A stretch of 64,000 nucleotides of DNA from Gemmatimonadaceae bacterium (GTDB lineage: Bacteria; Gemmatimonadota; Gemmatimonadetes; Gemmatimonadales; Gemmatimonadaceae). The notes beneath the pieces are model-generated. The model searched no databases and was not told where the DNA came from. It worked only from the letters and a program-made list of their open reading frames with translations. A program made the translations under genes and the position numbers. The stretch covers positions 1,200 through 65,199 of the forward strand of contig JADZCT010000034.1 of the NCBI GenBank assembly GCA_020851455.1. Reading direction: 5' to 3'. Shown here in pieces: positions 1 to 9,902 of the stretch (its first letter is position 1; every line of letters begins with the position of its first letter).

Positions 1-28
1 CGATGAGCGATGCCGGGCGCAGGCGGGC

Positions 29-946
29 TCAGGCCTGGGGGACGCCCGCGGCCTGCACCTGCTGCCATGCGTGGTAGCTGGAGCGCACCAGGGGGCCGCT
101 CTCCACGTGCCGGTACCCCATCTCCATTCCAGCTTCGCGGAACATGCGGAACTCCTCGGGCGTCACGTACCGGTCGAGCGTGATGTGAGAATCGGACGGA
201 CGGAGGTATTGGCCCAGCGTGAGGATGTCCACGCCCACGTCGCGAAGGTTGCGCATCGTCTGGAGGACTTCCTCATTTGTCTCTCCAAGGCCAAGGATCA
301 GGCCCGACTTCGTCGGCACGTGCGGCGCGTACGACTTCGCGAACCTGAAGATCTTCATCACGCGCTCGTAGCGGCCGCCGGGCCGCGCCTTCTTGTAGAG
401 GCGGGGCACAGTCTCGGTATTGTGGTCGTATATCTCGGGGCGGGCGTCCAGAACCGTGCGGATCGAGGATTCGTTCCCCTGGAAGTCGGGAACGAGGACT
501 TCGACCGAGCAGCCGGGCACCCTCTCGTGTATCTGCCTGATGACCTCAGCGAAAATCCCTGCTCCGAAATCCGGCAGGTCGTCGCGGTCAACCGAGGTGA
601 TCACCGCGAGGCGGAGCTTCATCTCCGCCACCGCGTCGGCTACGCGCGCCGGCTCGTCCGGATCGAACTCGGGCGGACGGCCGTGTGCCACCGCGCAGTA
701 CGGGCAGTTCCGGGTGCACACCCGTCCAAGGATCATGAAGGTCGCTGTGCCGTGATCCCAGCACTCGCCCACGTTCGGGCAGTGGGCCTCTTGGCACACC
801 GTATGGAGCCGCCGGTCCCTCACCGTCGCCTTCACGCGAAGGTATTCAGCCCCCCCAGGGGCCTTCACCTTCAGCCATTCCGGCTTCCGGGTTGGCAAGG
901 GTTCCTTGCGGTGAACCCCGATGATCTGGTGCAGCGTGTCGGTCAT
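29..946 (-). CDS. lipA: lipoyl synthase
   Basis: 305-aa ORF with radical-SAM motif CTRNCPYC and N-terminal auxiliary-cluster cysteines (CQEAHCPNVGECW). Full-length LipA architecture. Confidence 0.95.
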   Translation of the reverse strand: MTDTLHQIIGVHRKEPLPTRKPEWLKVKAPGGAEYLRVKATVRDRRLHTVCQEAHCPNVGECWDHGTATFMILGRVCTRNCPYCAVAHGRPPEFDPDEPARVADAVAEMKLRLAVITSVDRDDLPDFGAGIFAEVIRQIHERVPGCSVEVLVPDFQGNESSIRTVLDARPEIYDHNTETVPRLYKKARPGGRYERVMKIFRFAKSYAPHVPTKSGLILGLGETNEEVLQTMRNLRDVGVDILTLGQYLRPSDSHITLDRYVTPEEFRMFREAGMEMGYRHVESGPLVRSSYHAWQQVQAAGVPQA

Positions 947-1247
947 TTCGGCCAGGGACTCCTGGTCTGGCGGCAGGGCCTAACTGCAAGCAGGACACCA
1001 AAGTTACGCACGGAGTACGCCGTTCGCTATGTAGAGTACCCGCTAAAAGGCATTTAGGCGGTTACGAATGAGTGCTTACCCTGTTGCAGCGTGAGGCATG
1101 CCCTGACTGCGGTCGCCTGGTCTGGGCGATGCGAGCACCCGGGCTGGCCGCGCGGCATGCCGGGAAGCCGCCAGCGGCACGGGGGCGTGTGAAACAGCGG
1201 GGCCGGCTCGTTCGTAGTGAAGGCAGCGTCAGACCGAGGAACTCACG

Positions 1248-1475
1248 ATGCTCCGTACGCTCTTCAAGATCGGGCTCATGGCAATGGCGGGGATCTTCCT
1301 GCTCAAGTTCGCGTTCGGACTCTTCGGCACGTTCGTGGCGCTGATGATCTGGCTCGTTGTCCTCGCGCTGAAGATCCTGGTGGTGGGCGCGGTGGTCTAC
1401 GTGATCATCCGCATTGTGAGCCCGGCCACGGCGCGCCGCATGACGGACGCATTCACGGGCCGACCGACGAACTGA
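1248..1475 (+). CDS. small membrane protein (two predicted TM helices), function unknown
   Basis: 75-aa ORF with very hydrophobic segments (IGLMAMAGIFLLKFAFGLFGTFVALMIWLVVLALKILVVGAVVYVII). GAGGA lies 7 nt upstream of the ATG. Confidence 0.55.
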   Translation: MLRTLFKIGLMAMAGIFLLKFAFGLFGTFVALMIWLVVLALKILVVGAVVYVIIRIVSPATARRMTDAFTGRPTN

Positions 1476-2439
1476 GCGGCTGGCTCTCGAGGCGGTCCGC
1501 GACGGCCCAGGCCAGGAGCGGGATCATGAGCTCGTGGTGTCCGGTGACTTCGTAGCCCGCACCGTTGTCGAGCGTTGGCCGCTGCACCACGTTCACGCGC
1601 GGCCTGTACTGCCGCTGCATGTCGAAGTCGCACGTAACGAATCGGCGCGGCCTGCCGCCATCGAGGTTACGCGCAATGGTGAGCGCCTTGAGGAACACCT
1701 CGGGCATGATCACCGCGCTGCCGATGTTCAGGGCGACTCCTCCGTCGTCCAGCCCGGCGAGGCTTGCGGCGAGGCGCTTGAAGTCACGGTGGCTCGTCGC
1801 TCCGATCGCGGCGCCGTCGGCGGCGGGGTGCTGGTGAATGATCTCCGCGCCGAGCGCGGCGTGCACGGTAGCCGGAACACCGAGGCGGTGGGCCGCGAGC
1901 AGCACCGAGAGTTCTGCGTGGGCAAGCGATTTCTCCGCGGCGAGGGCGCGCGCGACCGACTCGCCCATCCCCCATTCACGGGTGTGGCCGAGCGTGAAGG
2001 CCTCGTTCATCCCGCGTCCCGTCTCCTCTGCCATGCCGAACGATCCGTCGCGCAGGCCCGCGGCGACGTCCTCCGAGGTGGAGCCGAACCGCGCGACCTC
2101 GTAGTCGTGGATCGCCGCCGACCCGTTCATGGCCAGGTGCGTGATCACCTTGCGCTCCATCAGGTCAATGAGGAGGCGCGAGAGGCCGGTCTTCACGACG
2201 TGGCCGCCGAGCATCACCACCACCGCCTTCCGCGCGCGGGCGGCGGCGGCAATGGCGTCGGCAACCTTCAGGAAGTCGCGGGCGACCAGGATGTCGGGGA
2301 GCGACGCGAGGAACGCGGCGAAGCTGCGGTCGGCGCCGGGCGGCGCTGCGAACTCCTCGGCGCGCACCTTGCTCGCGCGGCCGCCGATGGGCACCGTGCG
2401 AACCCTGGAGAGGTCCGCCTCGCGGGGAGTGTCGCTCAC
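1453..2439 (-). CDS. deoxyhypusine/homospermidine synthase-like family protein (tentative)
   Basis: 328-aa ORF whose GTG start overlaps the upstream stop (GTGA). The segment VVVMLGGHVVKTGLSRLLIDLMERKVITHLAMNGSAAIHDYE resembles the DHS-family core pattern. The family assignment is from memory only. Confidence 0.5.
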   Translation of the reverse strand: MSDTPREADLSRVRTVPIGGRASKVRAEEFAAPPGADRSFAAFLASLPDILVARDFLKVADAIAAAARARKAVVVMLGGHVVKTGLSRLLIDLMERKVITHLAMNGSAAIHDYEVARFGSTSEDVAAGLRDGSFGMAEETGRGMNEAFTLGHTREWGMGESVARALAAEKSLAHAELSVLLAAHRLGVPATVHAALGAEIIHQHPAADGAAIGATSHRDFKRLAASLAGLDDGGVALNIGSAVIMPEVFLKALTIARNLDGGRPRRFVTCDFDMQRQYRPRVNVVQRPTLDNGAGYEVTGHHELMIPLLAWAVADRLESQPLSSSVGP

Positions 2440-3344
2440 GGGGGCGATGTGAGGGTTGGGCCGTTGGGCGTGAGCGGCGGCAGCACGTACTTGCGGAGAT
2501 AGAGGTTGAGGGAGCCGAACGAGAGCTTCGACTTCATCTGGAGGAGGATCCGGCGGTCGTCGTCCGAGAGCCAGAGCTCCGCCTGGCCGCCCTCGGAAAA
2601 GATGCCGCTCGTCTTGATCAGCGGCTGGATGACGATGGCCGGAAAGGTGCCTGCCGGGACGCTCACGGTGTCGCGCCTGAGCACGCGGATGGTGACTGGG
2701 TTGGCCTTCGGGTCGAAGTAGCGGTAGAAATCGTACGACTTCCCGACATCGAGCGGAATGGTGCGGATGAAGTAGAAGAACGTTGCGTCGTCGAGCGGGT
2801 CGGCAACGGACGGCTTGTCCTCGCCGCCCTTGAGGGTGAAGACCGACCGGTCGGGGAAGATTTCGTACACGCGGTTGCGCTTGTATCCCGGCTCGGAGAT
2901 GCGCTGCTCGAACCGCAGCGAGTTCAGGGTGCGGACGTCGAGCCAGCTCACGAAGGCGTCATTCACGCGGAAGAACAGCGTGCCGCCGGAGAAGTCGAAT
3001 TGGAGTTGCCATGTATCGCGGCCGCGGATCGCCTGGCGCCCGAGCACCTGCATGCGTCCCGAGCCCACGGAGAGCGCGCCGTACTTGAGGGTGTACTCGA
3101 GGAACTCACCAACCGCCCATCGGGTAGCCGCGGCCGGGGTGTCTGCGCCGGCGGCGACAGACCGCGGGTTGGCGCCCTGCTGCGCGGCGGCACCGGCTTG
3201 CGCCGCGTCGCCCGACGCCGGGCGCCCGGAGGTCGCGCCGCCCGGCACTGCCGCGACCCCGACCGCGAAGGCGACGGCAAGGGGCAGGTGGACGAATGCG
3301 GCGCGCGCGCGCGCAGCGCGCGACGTGCGACCGGCGCTGGTCAC
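2436..3344 (-). CDS. DUF3108-like secreted/lipid-anchored protein
   Basis: The track ORF (to 3668) is over-extended: its first ~108 aa are R/P-rich and overlap the upstream GT2 gene. Trimmed to the GTG at 3342-3344, which overlaps the GT2 stop (GTGA). This start is followed by the signal-like VHLPLAVAFAVGVAAV. The C-terminal part fits the DUF3108 pattern (YTLKYGALSVGSG, DDATFFYFIRTIPLD, PAGTFPAIVIQP, ELWLSDDDRRILLQMKSKLSFGSLNLYL). Confidence 0.75.
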   Translation of the reverse strand: MTSAGRTSRAARARAAFVHLPLAVAFAVGVAAVPGGATSGRPASGDAAQAGAAAQQGANPRSVAAGADTPAAATRWAVGEFLEYTLKYGALSVGSGRMQVLGRQAIRGRDTWQLQFDFSGGTLFFRVNDAFVSWLDVRTLNSLRFEQRISEPGYKRNRVYEIFPDRSVFTLKGGEDKPSVADPLDDATFFYFIRTIPLDVGKSYDFYRYFDPKANPVTIRVLRRDTVSVPAGTFPAIVIQPLIKTSGIFSEGGQAELWLSDDDRRILLQMKSKLSFGSLNLYLRKYVLPPLTPNGPTLTSPP

Positions 3345-4111
3345 GACTCCCGCGGCCGGCGGGCCGGGAAGAGGCCGCGCGTGGCCCAGGCGCGCTTGGC
3401 GACGTCCATGGCGTCGCGCCACGGCGTCGCCCGGGATGCGCGCGGGCGAACGTCCCAGCGGGGCGGGACGGGAACCGTCTCCACGCGCCTGGCGTGGGCC
3501 ACGACCTCGCGGGCGAGCTCCGCGTTTGCCGCGGAAACGGGCAGGTCGGTGACCGGGCGCGCTTCGCGCGCCTTCAGGACGTCGCGCACGACGCTGAGCC
3601 GGATGAGCCGGTAGGCCCCGAACGGGTCGGGCACGCCGTCCACGGCGACGAAGCTGCGAAACGGCCACACGGTGGTGGCGCGCCTCAGCAGACGCGCGCG
3701 CTTGCGCTCCGCCTCCGGCGCGGTGTCGTCGAGCACGCGTTCGGTCGCCACGAAGTCGGCGCCGCCCTCGAACCGCTTTACCAGCTCGGGAAGGTGCTCC
3801 GGCTGGTCGGTGAAGTCGGCCTGCATGAGCACCACGGCGTCGCGCCTCGGATAACGGGTGCGCTCGCTCGCCGCGCGCAGGAGCGCATCAACCGCCCGGG
3901 CGTAGCCAACCTGCTGCGAACCACCAAGGATAGCCAAGGGCATCACCTTGGTATACGGCTCAAGGGTATCGCGCGTAGCGTCGGTGCTCGCGTCGTCGTA
4001 CACGAGCACTTCGTATTCACGCGAATACTCGGAGAAGACCTTCCGCATGCGCCAGAGGAGCACGCCGATGGTCTCGGCTTCGTTTCGGGATGGCAGGCAG
4101 ATATACAGCAC
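3341..4111 (-). CDS. family-2 glycosyltransferase (polyprenol-phosphate sugar transferase-like)
   Basis: 256-aa ORF with the GT-A N-terminus LYICLPSRNEAETI...VLVYDDASTDAT and a later MQADFTDQPEHLPELV, typical of the DPM1/GtrB-like GT2 fold. Confidence 0.85.
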   Translation of the reverse strand: MLYICLPSRNEAETIGVLLWRMRKVFSEYSREYEVLVYDDASTDATRDTLEPYTKVMPLAILGGSQQVGYARAVDALLRAASERTRYPRRDAVVLMQADFTDQPEHLPELVKRFEGGADFVATERVLDDTAPEAERKRARLLRRATTVWPFRSFVAVDGVPDPFGAYRLIRLSVVRDVLKAREARPVTDLPVSAANAELAREVVAHARRVETVPVPPRWDVRPRASRATPWRDAMDVAKRAWATRGLFPARRPRES

Positions 4112-4297
4112 GCGTTTTCTCGCTGGTTCCCTTAAAGGTAAATGGTACCCTCGACCGGAACCGTGGCTCCGGAAGGCGCCAGTCCGGCTGCGCGGCGGCG
4201 GGGCCTCCGCCGCGGGCCGGGTGAGGCAGGGCGAGCGCCCCGCCAGTCGCGGCGGCGTTGCCCGCGGCAGCAGGTTCGCGGTAAGCTACCAGTCGCG

Positions 4298-4861
4298 ATG
4301 TTCGAATCCCTCAAGGCAACGCTCCACGACCTCCTGCACGGCCAGGTGTCGCCGGCCGACCGGCACGCTGTCATCGCCGACATGAGGCGCGCGCTGGTCG
4401 CCGCGAAGATGGGCGTGGCCGACCTTCGCGAAGGTGCGGGCGTCACGCGCAAACGCCTTGCCGGTGAGCGCGACCAGCTCGCTACCGTCAGGCGCCGCAA
4501 GGCGCTCGCGGAAGCTATTCCCGACGGCGAGACGGTCGCTGTTGCCGCGAAGTTCGAGGCGCAGTATGAGGAGCGGATCGCGGTGCTCGAACGCAAGCTC
4601 GCCGCGCAGGAGGACGAAGCGGCGCTGGCCGAGCGCGATTACGACGAGATGCTCAAACAGCTCAAGGCCGCAAACGCAGGCGTCGGATCCGGGATGACGC
4701 CGGAGTCACGAGGACCGACGGACGCGGAACTCGGGCTACCGGACGACAGCGACCTGCGTGCCGAGCTGGACTCGCTCGCACGCGGCCGCTCGCGCTCGGA
4801 CGCGGAGGCCGCAGCCGCCATCCGGCTCGAAGAGCTGAAACGGAAGATGGGCCGTCAGTGA
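4298..4861 (+). CDS. coiled-coil protein, PspA/IM30-like (tentative)
   Basis: Trimmed to the ATG at 4298 (MFESLKATLHDLL), because the upstream part of the track ORF is R/P-rich. 187 aa with heptad-like charged helices and a C-terminal ELDSLARG...RLEELKRKM. Confidence 0.45.
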   Translation: MFESLKATLHDLLHGQVSPADRHAVIADMRRALVAAKMGVADLREGAGVTRKRLAGERDQLATVRRRKALAEAIPDGETVAVAAKFEAQYEERIAVLERKLAAQEDEAALAERDYDEMLKQLKAANAGVGSGMTPESRGPTDAELGLPDDSDLRAELDSLARGRSRSDAEAAAAIRLEELKRKMGRQ

Positions 4862-6396
4862 TCCACGGCGCTGCTCGTCTTCATCATGTTCCGGATGGGA
4901 ATGATGAGGACGGCAAACACGCCGGCGACGACGAACAGTGAGATTGCCGTCCGGCTGAACAGCTTGGGCATGAGATCGAGCTTCTCGGGGTCTATGCTCC
5001 CGCCCACCAGCCCGGCGATGAGGTTGCCGAGCGCCGCCGCCATGAACCAGACGCCCATCATCTGCCCGGTGAAGCGACGCGGCGCGAGCTTCGTCATGGA
5101 AGAGAGTCCTACGGGGCTGAGCGAGAGCTCGCCAACCGTCTGCAGGAGATAGCTGATGGTGAGCCACCAGATTGACACTTTTGCCACGCCGCCGGAAGCG
5201 ATGACGATATCGGCGGGGATGAGCATCATGTAGAACGCGATGCCGCAGAAGATGAGTCCGGCCATGAACTTCGTGGGGCTGGACGGCGAGATGCCGCGCC
5301 TGGCAAGCGCAAGCCAGAGCGCCGCGAACACCGGCGCAAGCGAAACGACGAAGATCGAGTTGACCGACTGCATCCAGGTCGCGGGAATCTCGTACCCGAA
5401 GACGTGGCGATCGGTGAAGTCGCGCGCGAAGAGGTTGAGCGAAGTGGGCGCCTGCTCGAACGCGGCCCAGAACGCAGCGGCGCCCACGAACAGGAGGGCA
5501 ATCACCGCGACGCGCTTGCGTTCATCGCTGTCGAGCTTACCGAAGATGAAGAGATAGGCGAAGTATGCGAGTGCGAGGCCGATGATCGCGTTGGTGCTGT
5601 ACTCGGCTATCGCAACGGGGTTGACGCTGTAGAGCCCGGCCATCCCGGCGAGGATGACGAGCACCACTGCAGCGGCCGCTGCAAGCGTGACCTTTCGCGC
5701 CTTCGCGGTCTCGCTGGCGCTCACCGATACCGTGGTGCCGATCGGGCCGAGGGTTCTGCGGGCCCAGATCCGGAAGGTGATGAGGCCGATGAGCATGCCG
5801 ACACCAGCGGCGCCAAAGCCGAGGTGCCAGCCGACCTTCTCGCCGAGGTACCCGGTGACGAGCTGGCCGAGCGTGGCGCCGACGTTGATGCCCATGTAGT
5901 AGACGGCGAAGCCCGAATCCCGGCGCGCGCCGCCTTCGGGGTAGAGGTCGCCGACGATTGCGGAGATGTTGCCCTTGAGCAGCCCGGTGCCGATCACGAT
6001 GAGCACGAGGCCGAGGAAGAAGGCCTTTTTCTCGAACAGCGCAGAGAGCGCGATCGAGAGGTGCCCGCATGCGATGATGACCGCGCCCCACCAGACCGCG
6101 CGCTGGAGGCCGAGCCAGCGGTCGGCGATCCACCCGCCGGGGAGCGTGGCGAGGTAAACGCCCGCGGCGTAGATGCCCACCACCGCGCCGGCCGTCGTGC
6201 GGTCGAGCCCGAATCCATTGGACGCGATTGCCGCCGTCATGAAGAGGATGAGCAGCGGGCGCAGGCCGTAGTAGGAGAATCGCTCCCACATCTCCACGGC
6301 GAAGAGCGTTCGCAGCCCGCGTGGGTGGCCGAAGAACGATCGGTCTGCGACGACTTCGTTCACGGTCGGGGCGCCGGCGTGTGCGGGAGCGGTCAT
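4855..6396 (-). CDS. proton-dependent oligopeptide transporter (POT/PTR2 family)
   Basis: 513 aa with about 14 hydrophobic segments. PTR2 signatures FFGHPRGLRTLFAVEMWERFSYYGLRPLLILFM and GGWIADRWLG. Confidence 0.9.
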   Translation of the reverse strand: MTAPAHAGAPTVNEVVADRSFFGHPRGLRTLFAVEMWERFSYYGLRPLLILFMTAAIASNGFGLDRTTAGAVVGIYAAGVYLATLPGGWIADRWLGLQRAVWWGAVIIACGHLSIALSALFEKKAFFLGLVLIVIGTGLLKGNISAIVGDLYPEGGARRDSGFAVYYMGINVGATLGQLVTGYLGEKVGWHLGFGAAGVGMLIGLITFRIWARRTLGPIGTTVSVSASETAKARKVTLAAAAAVVLVILAGMAGLYSVNPVAIAEYSTNAIIGLALAYFAYLFIFGKLDSDERKRVAVIALLFVGAAAFWAAFEQAPTSLNLFARDFTDRHVFGYEIPATWMQSVNSIFVVSLAPVFAALWLALARRGISPSSPTKFMAGLIFCGIAFYMMLIPADIVIASGGVAKVSIWWLTISYLLQTVGELSLSPVGLSSMTKLAPRRFTGQMMGVWFMAAALGNLIAGLVGGSIDPEKLDLMPKLFSRTAISLFVVAGVFAVLIIPIRNMMKTSSAVDH

Positions 6397-6438
6397 CGTG
6401 GCGTGGAGTTGGGGTCGGTGGCCATTGGAGGAGGGCGG

Positions 6439-7298
<860 letters not shown>

Positions 7299-7302
<4 letters not shown>

Positions 7303-8099
7303 GCCCGCTTCCGGAGGCGGGGCATGGCTTCGAGCAGTTCGCGCGTGTACTCGTGCTTCGGTGCGTGGAAGAGATCGTCTACGCTTGCGCTCTCGACGAT
7401 CCTGCCGGCCTGCATCACCATTGCCCGTTCGCACGTTTCGGCGACGACGCCCAGGTCATGCGTGATGAGGAGCACGCCGGTGCCCGATTCGCGTTGCAGT
7501 TCGAGGAGGAGCCGCAGCACCTGTGCCTGAACGGTGACGTCGAGTGCGGACGTCGGCTCGTCGGCAATCACGAGTGCGGGTTCGAGGAGCAGCGCCGCCG
7601 CGAGCATCACGCGCTGGCGCATCCCGCCGGACAGTTCGTGGGGATACGCGTCGTAGAGGGCCGCGGCGTTGGGAAGGCCGACGCGCTCGAGCATTGCCAT
7701 GGCCCGCTGGCGCGCGCCGCGCCGGTCGTCCGTATGGTGCACTATCGCGACTTCGGCGACCTGATCGCCTACGCGCATTACCGGATTGAGCGCGGCCGCA
7801 GGTTCCTGGAAGACCATGGCGATCCGCCTGCCGCGCAGGTCGCGGAGTTTGCGTTCCGGCATTGCGAGCAGGTCCTGTCCGTCGAGCCGAACCGCGCTTC
7901 CGGGGCCAATGTGCCCGCCGTCGGGCAGGAGCCCCATGATTGCGAGGGCCGTCGCGGTCTTGCCGCTGCCGGATTCGCCTACAAGCGCGACCACCTCGCC
8001 GGGGTTCATCGCAAAGGAGATCCTGTCCACCGCAACATGCGCTCCGCTCCTCCGCTCGAAGATCACGCGCAGTTGCTCCACCGAGAGGATGGGCGTCAT
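7299..8099 (-). CDS. peptide ABC transporter ATP-binding protein (OppD/DppD-like)
   Basis: Trimmed to the ATG at 8099 (MTPILSVEQLRV), which overlaps the permease stop (ATGA). Walker A GESGSGKT, signature LSGGMRQR, Walker B VIADEPTSALD. Confidence 0.9.
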
Positions 8100-8932
8100 T
8101 GCGTGTCTCCGGACGCCCGGTGCTGGAGCCGTTCGCCAAGCACGTTCACGCTGAGGACGGTAGCTGCTATCGCGAGGGACGGGAAGGCGAGCAGCCACCA
8201 GGCGTCGAGCGTGCGGTCGCGGGCGTCGTGGAGGACGGCGCCCCAGCTTGGCGTTGGGGGCGCAATCCCGACGCCCAGGAACGTCAGGGCGGCTTCGAGC
8301 GGGACTATCGCGGCGAGGGCCATGACCGCCGCGGCGAGGACGGCCGGCACGGTGCCCGGCAGCACGTGGTGCACGAGGATGCGCGCGGGCGGCGCTCCGA
8401 CCGCGCGGGCGGCGGCCACGTAGTCGGTCGCAGCTATCTCGCGCACCCGGGCGCGCACGATCCGGCTCATCGGCGGCCAGCTCGTGAGGCCGATGAGCAC
8501 CGCGAGCGTGACCGGCGAGACGCGGCCGGTGAACGCGACCAGTGCGAGCAGCACGAGGAGCCGCGGTGTAGCGAGCAGGGCGTCCACGATGCGCATCATC
8601 CATCGGTCGGTTCGCGCGCCGGCCATCCCTGCCACGCCGCCCCACGCCATGCCCAGGGCTACGACGATCCCGAGTGCAAGGACGGCGGTGCCGATCGAGA
8701 CGCTCGTGCCTGCCATGAGGCGCGAGAGCACGTCGCGCGCGATCGCGTCGGTACCGAGGAGGTGGTGGGCCGACGGCGGGAGGAGGCGCTCGGTGGCCGC
8801 GTCGCCCGGGAGCGCGGCGTCGTAGGGTGCGATCCAGCGCCCGGCAATCGCGACGATGGCGATCGCGATGAGGGTTGCAGTCGCGCCGCGGGCTGCGAAT
8901 CTGCCGGGACGCAGCCGGGGGCGCAGCGTCAC
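8096..8932 (-). CDS. peptide ABC transporter permease (OppC/DppC-like)
   Basis: Trimmed to the GTG at 8932, which overlaps the upstream stop (GTGA). Multi-TM protein with the BPD-transporter EAA-like region AARAVGAPPARILVHHVLP. Confidence 0.88.
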   Translation of the reverse strand: MTLRPRLRPGRFAARGATATLIAIAIVAIAGRWIAPYDAALPGDAATERLLPPSAHHLLGTDAIARDVLSRLMAGTSVSIGTAVLALGIVVALGMAWGGVAGMAGARTDRWMMRIVDALLATPRLLVLLALVAFTGRVSPVTLAVLIGLTSWPPMSRIVRARVREIAATDYVAAARAVGAPPARILVHHVLPGTVPAVLAAAVMALAAIVPLEAALTFLGVGIAPPTPSWGAVLHDARDRTLDAWWLLAFPSLAIAATVLSVNVLGERLQHRASGDTQ

Positions 8933-9900
8933 GAGCCGGTTCTCTGCGCCGGGTTCGCCATGAGCGCGCCGAAGTCGGCGAGCGCGCTTCCTGCCGAAAC
9001 GGCCACAGACCCGATGAGCACGAGGCCGATGACGAGCGGGTAATCGCGTCCGTTCACCGCGCCGAGCAGTGCGGATCCGGCGCCGGGCCAGTTGAACACG
9101 ACTTCCACGAGGGCCGCGCCGCCCACGAGGAGCGGAAGGAGCAGGCCGATCACCGTCAGGACGACGGGCGTGGTGCGCCGGAGAACGTGGCGGAACACGA
9201 TGTCCCGCGTGGAAGCGCCGCGCGCGCGCGCCGCCCGCACGAAGTCCTCGGCCATCGCTTCGGCGGCCGCCGCGCGCTGGTAGCGGGCCACCGCGGCGGC
9301 GATTGCGATCACAAGCGTTGCGCAGGGGAGTGCCGCGTGCCACGCGACGTCAGGGATGGAACCGAGCCAGGAGCCGGCCACGGCGCGCGCGTCGCGCATT
9401 CCGGTCGCGGGAAACCATCCCAGCCGCAGGGCGAACACCGTGCCGAGCATGAGCGCGAGCAGGAACTCGGGTAGAGAGACCAGCGCGAGCGTGAGCGCGC
9501 TCGTTGCACGATCGGAGAACCGCCCCACCCTCACCCCCTGCCATGTCCCGATCGCAACGCCGAGCAGCACGCCAATGAGAAGGGCCGGCCCCATGAGCAG
9601 CAGCGTTCGCGGGATCACGCTTGCCATCACGGACGATACCGGGCGCGCATGGGAATACGACACCCCGAAGTTGCCGCGTGCCAGGTTGCCGACCATTGCC
9701 GGGTACTGGATCCAGAGGGGACGGTCGAGTCCGTACGTCCGGCGCATCGCCTCGCGCGCCTCGGCGAGTTCGGGTGGGTCACCTGGGCCAATCGAAAACG
9801 GATCGCCTGGCGCGAGGTGGATCGCGAGGAACGCGACCGACGTGACGACGAACGCCACGAGGACGGCCTGGAAGGCCCGCGCGCCAAGGAAACGCAGCAC
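8929..9900 (-). CDS. peptide ABC transporter permease (OppB/DppB-like)
   Basis: Trimmed to the GTG at 9900, 2 nt after the SBP stop. Typical N-terminus VLRFLGARAFQAVLVAFVVTSVAFLAIHLAPGDP and the motif RAARARGASTRDIVFRHVLR. Confidence 0.88.
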   Translation of the reverse strand: MLRFLGARAFQAVLVAFVVTSVAFLAIHLAPGDPFSIGPGDPPELAEAREAMRRTYGLDRPLWIQYPAMVGNLARGNFGVSYSHARPVSSVMASVIPRTLLLMGPALLIGVLLGVAIGTWQGVRVGRFSDRATSALTLALVSLPEFLLALMLGTVFALRLGWFPATGMRDARAVAGSWLGSIPDVAWHAALPCATLVIAIAAAVARYQRAAAAEAMAEDFVRAARARGASTRDIVFRHVLRRTTPVVLTVIGLLLPLLVGGAALVEVVFNWPGAGSALLGAVNGRDYPLVIGLVLIGSVAVSAGSALADFGALMANPAQRTGS

Positions 9901-9902
9901 GC

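Noticed and set aside
947-1247. Possible small RNA (SRP/4.5S-like or other) in the lipA upstream gap; similar thought for 34990-35045
   Set aside because: Segments such as CCTGGTCTGGGCGATGCGAGCACC and GGGAAGGCGGAAGGCGGC superficially recall the SRP helix-8 motif. I could not build the required symmetric/asymmetric loop and GNRA tetraloop pairing. An Rfam scan would settle it, but it is not supported by eye.
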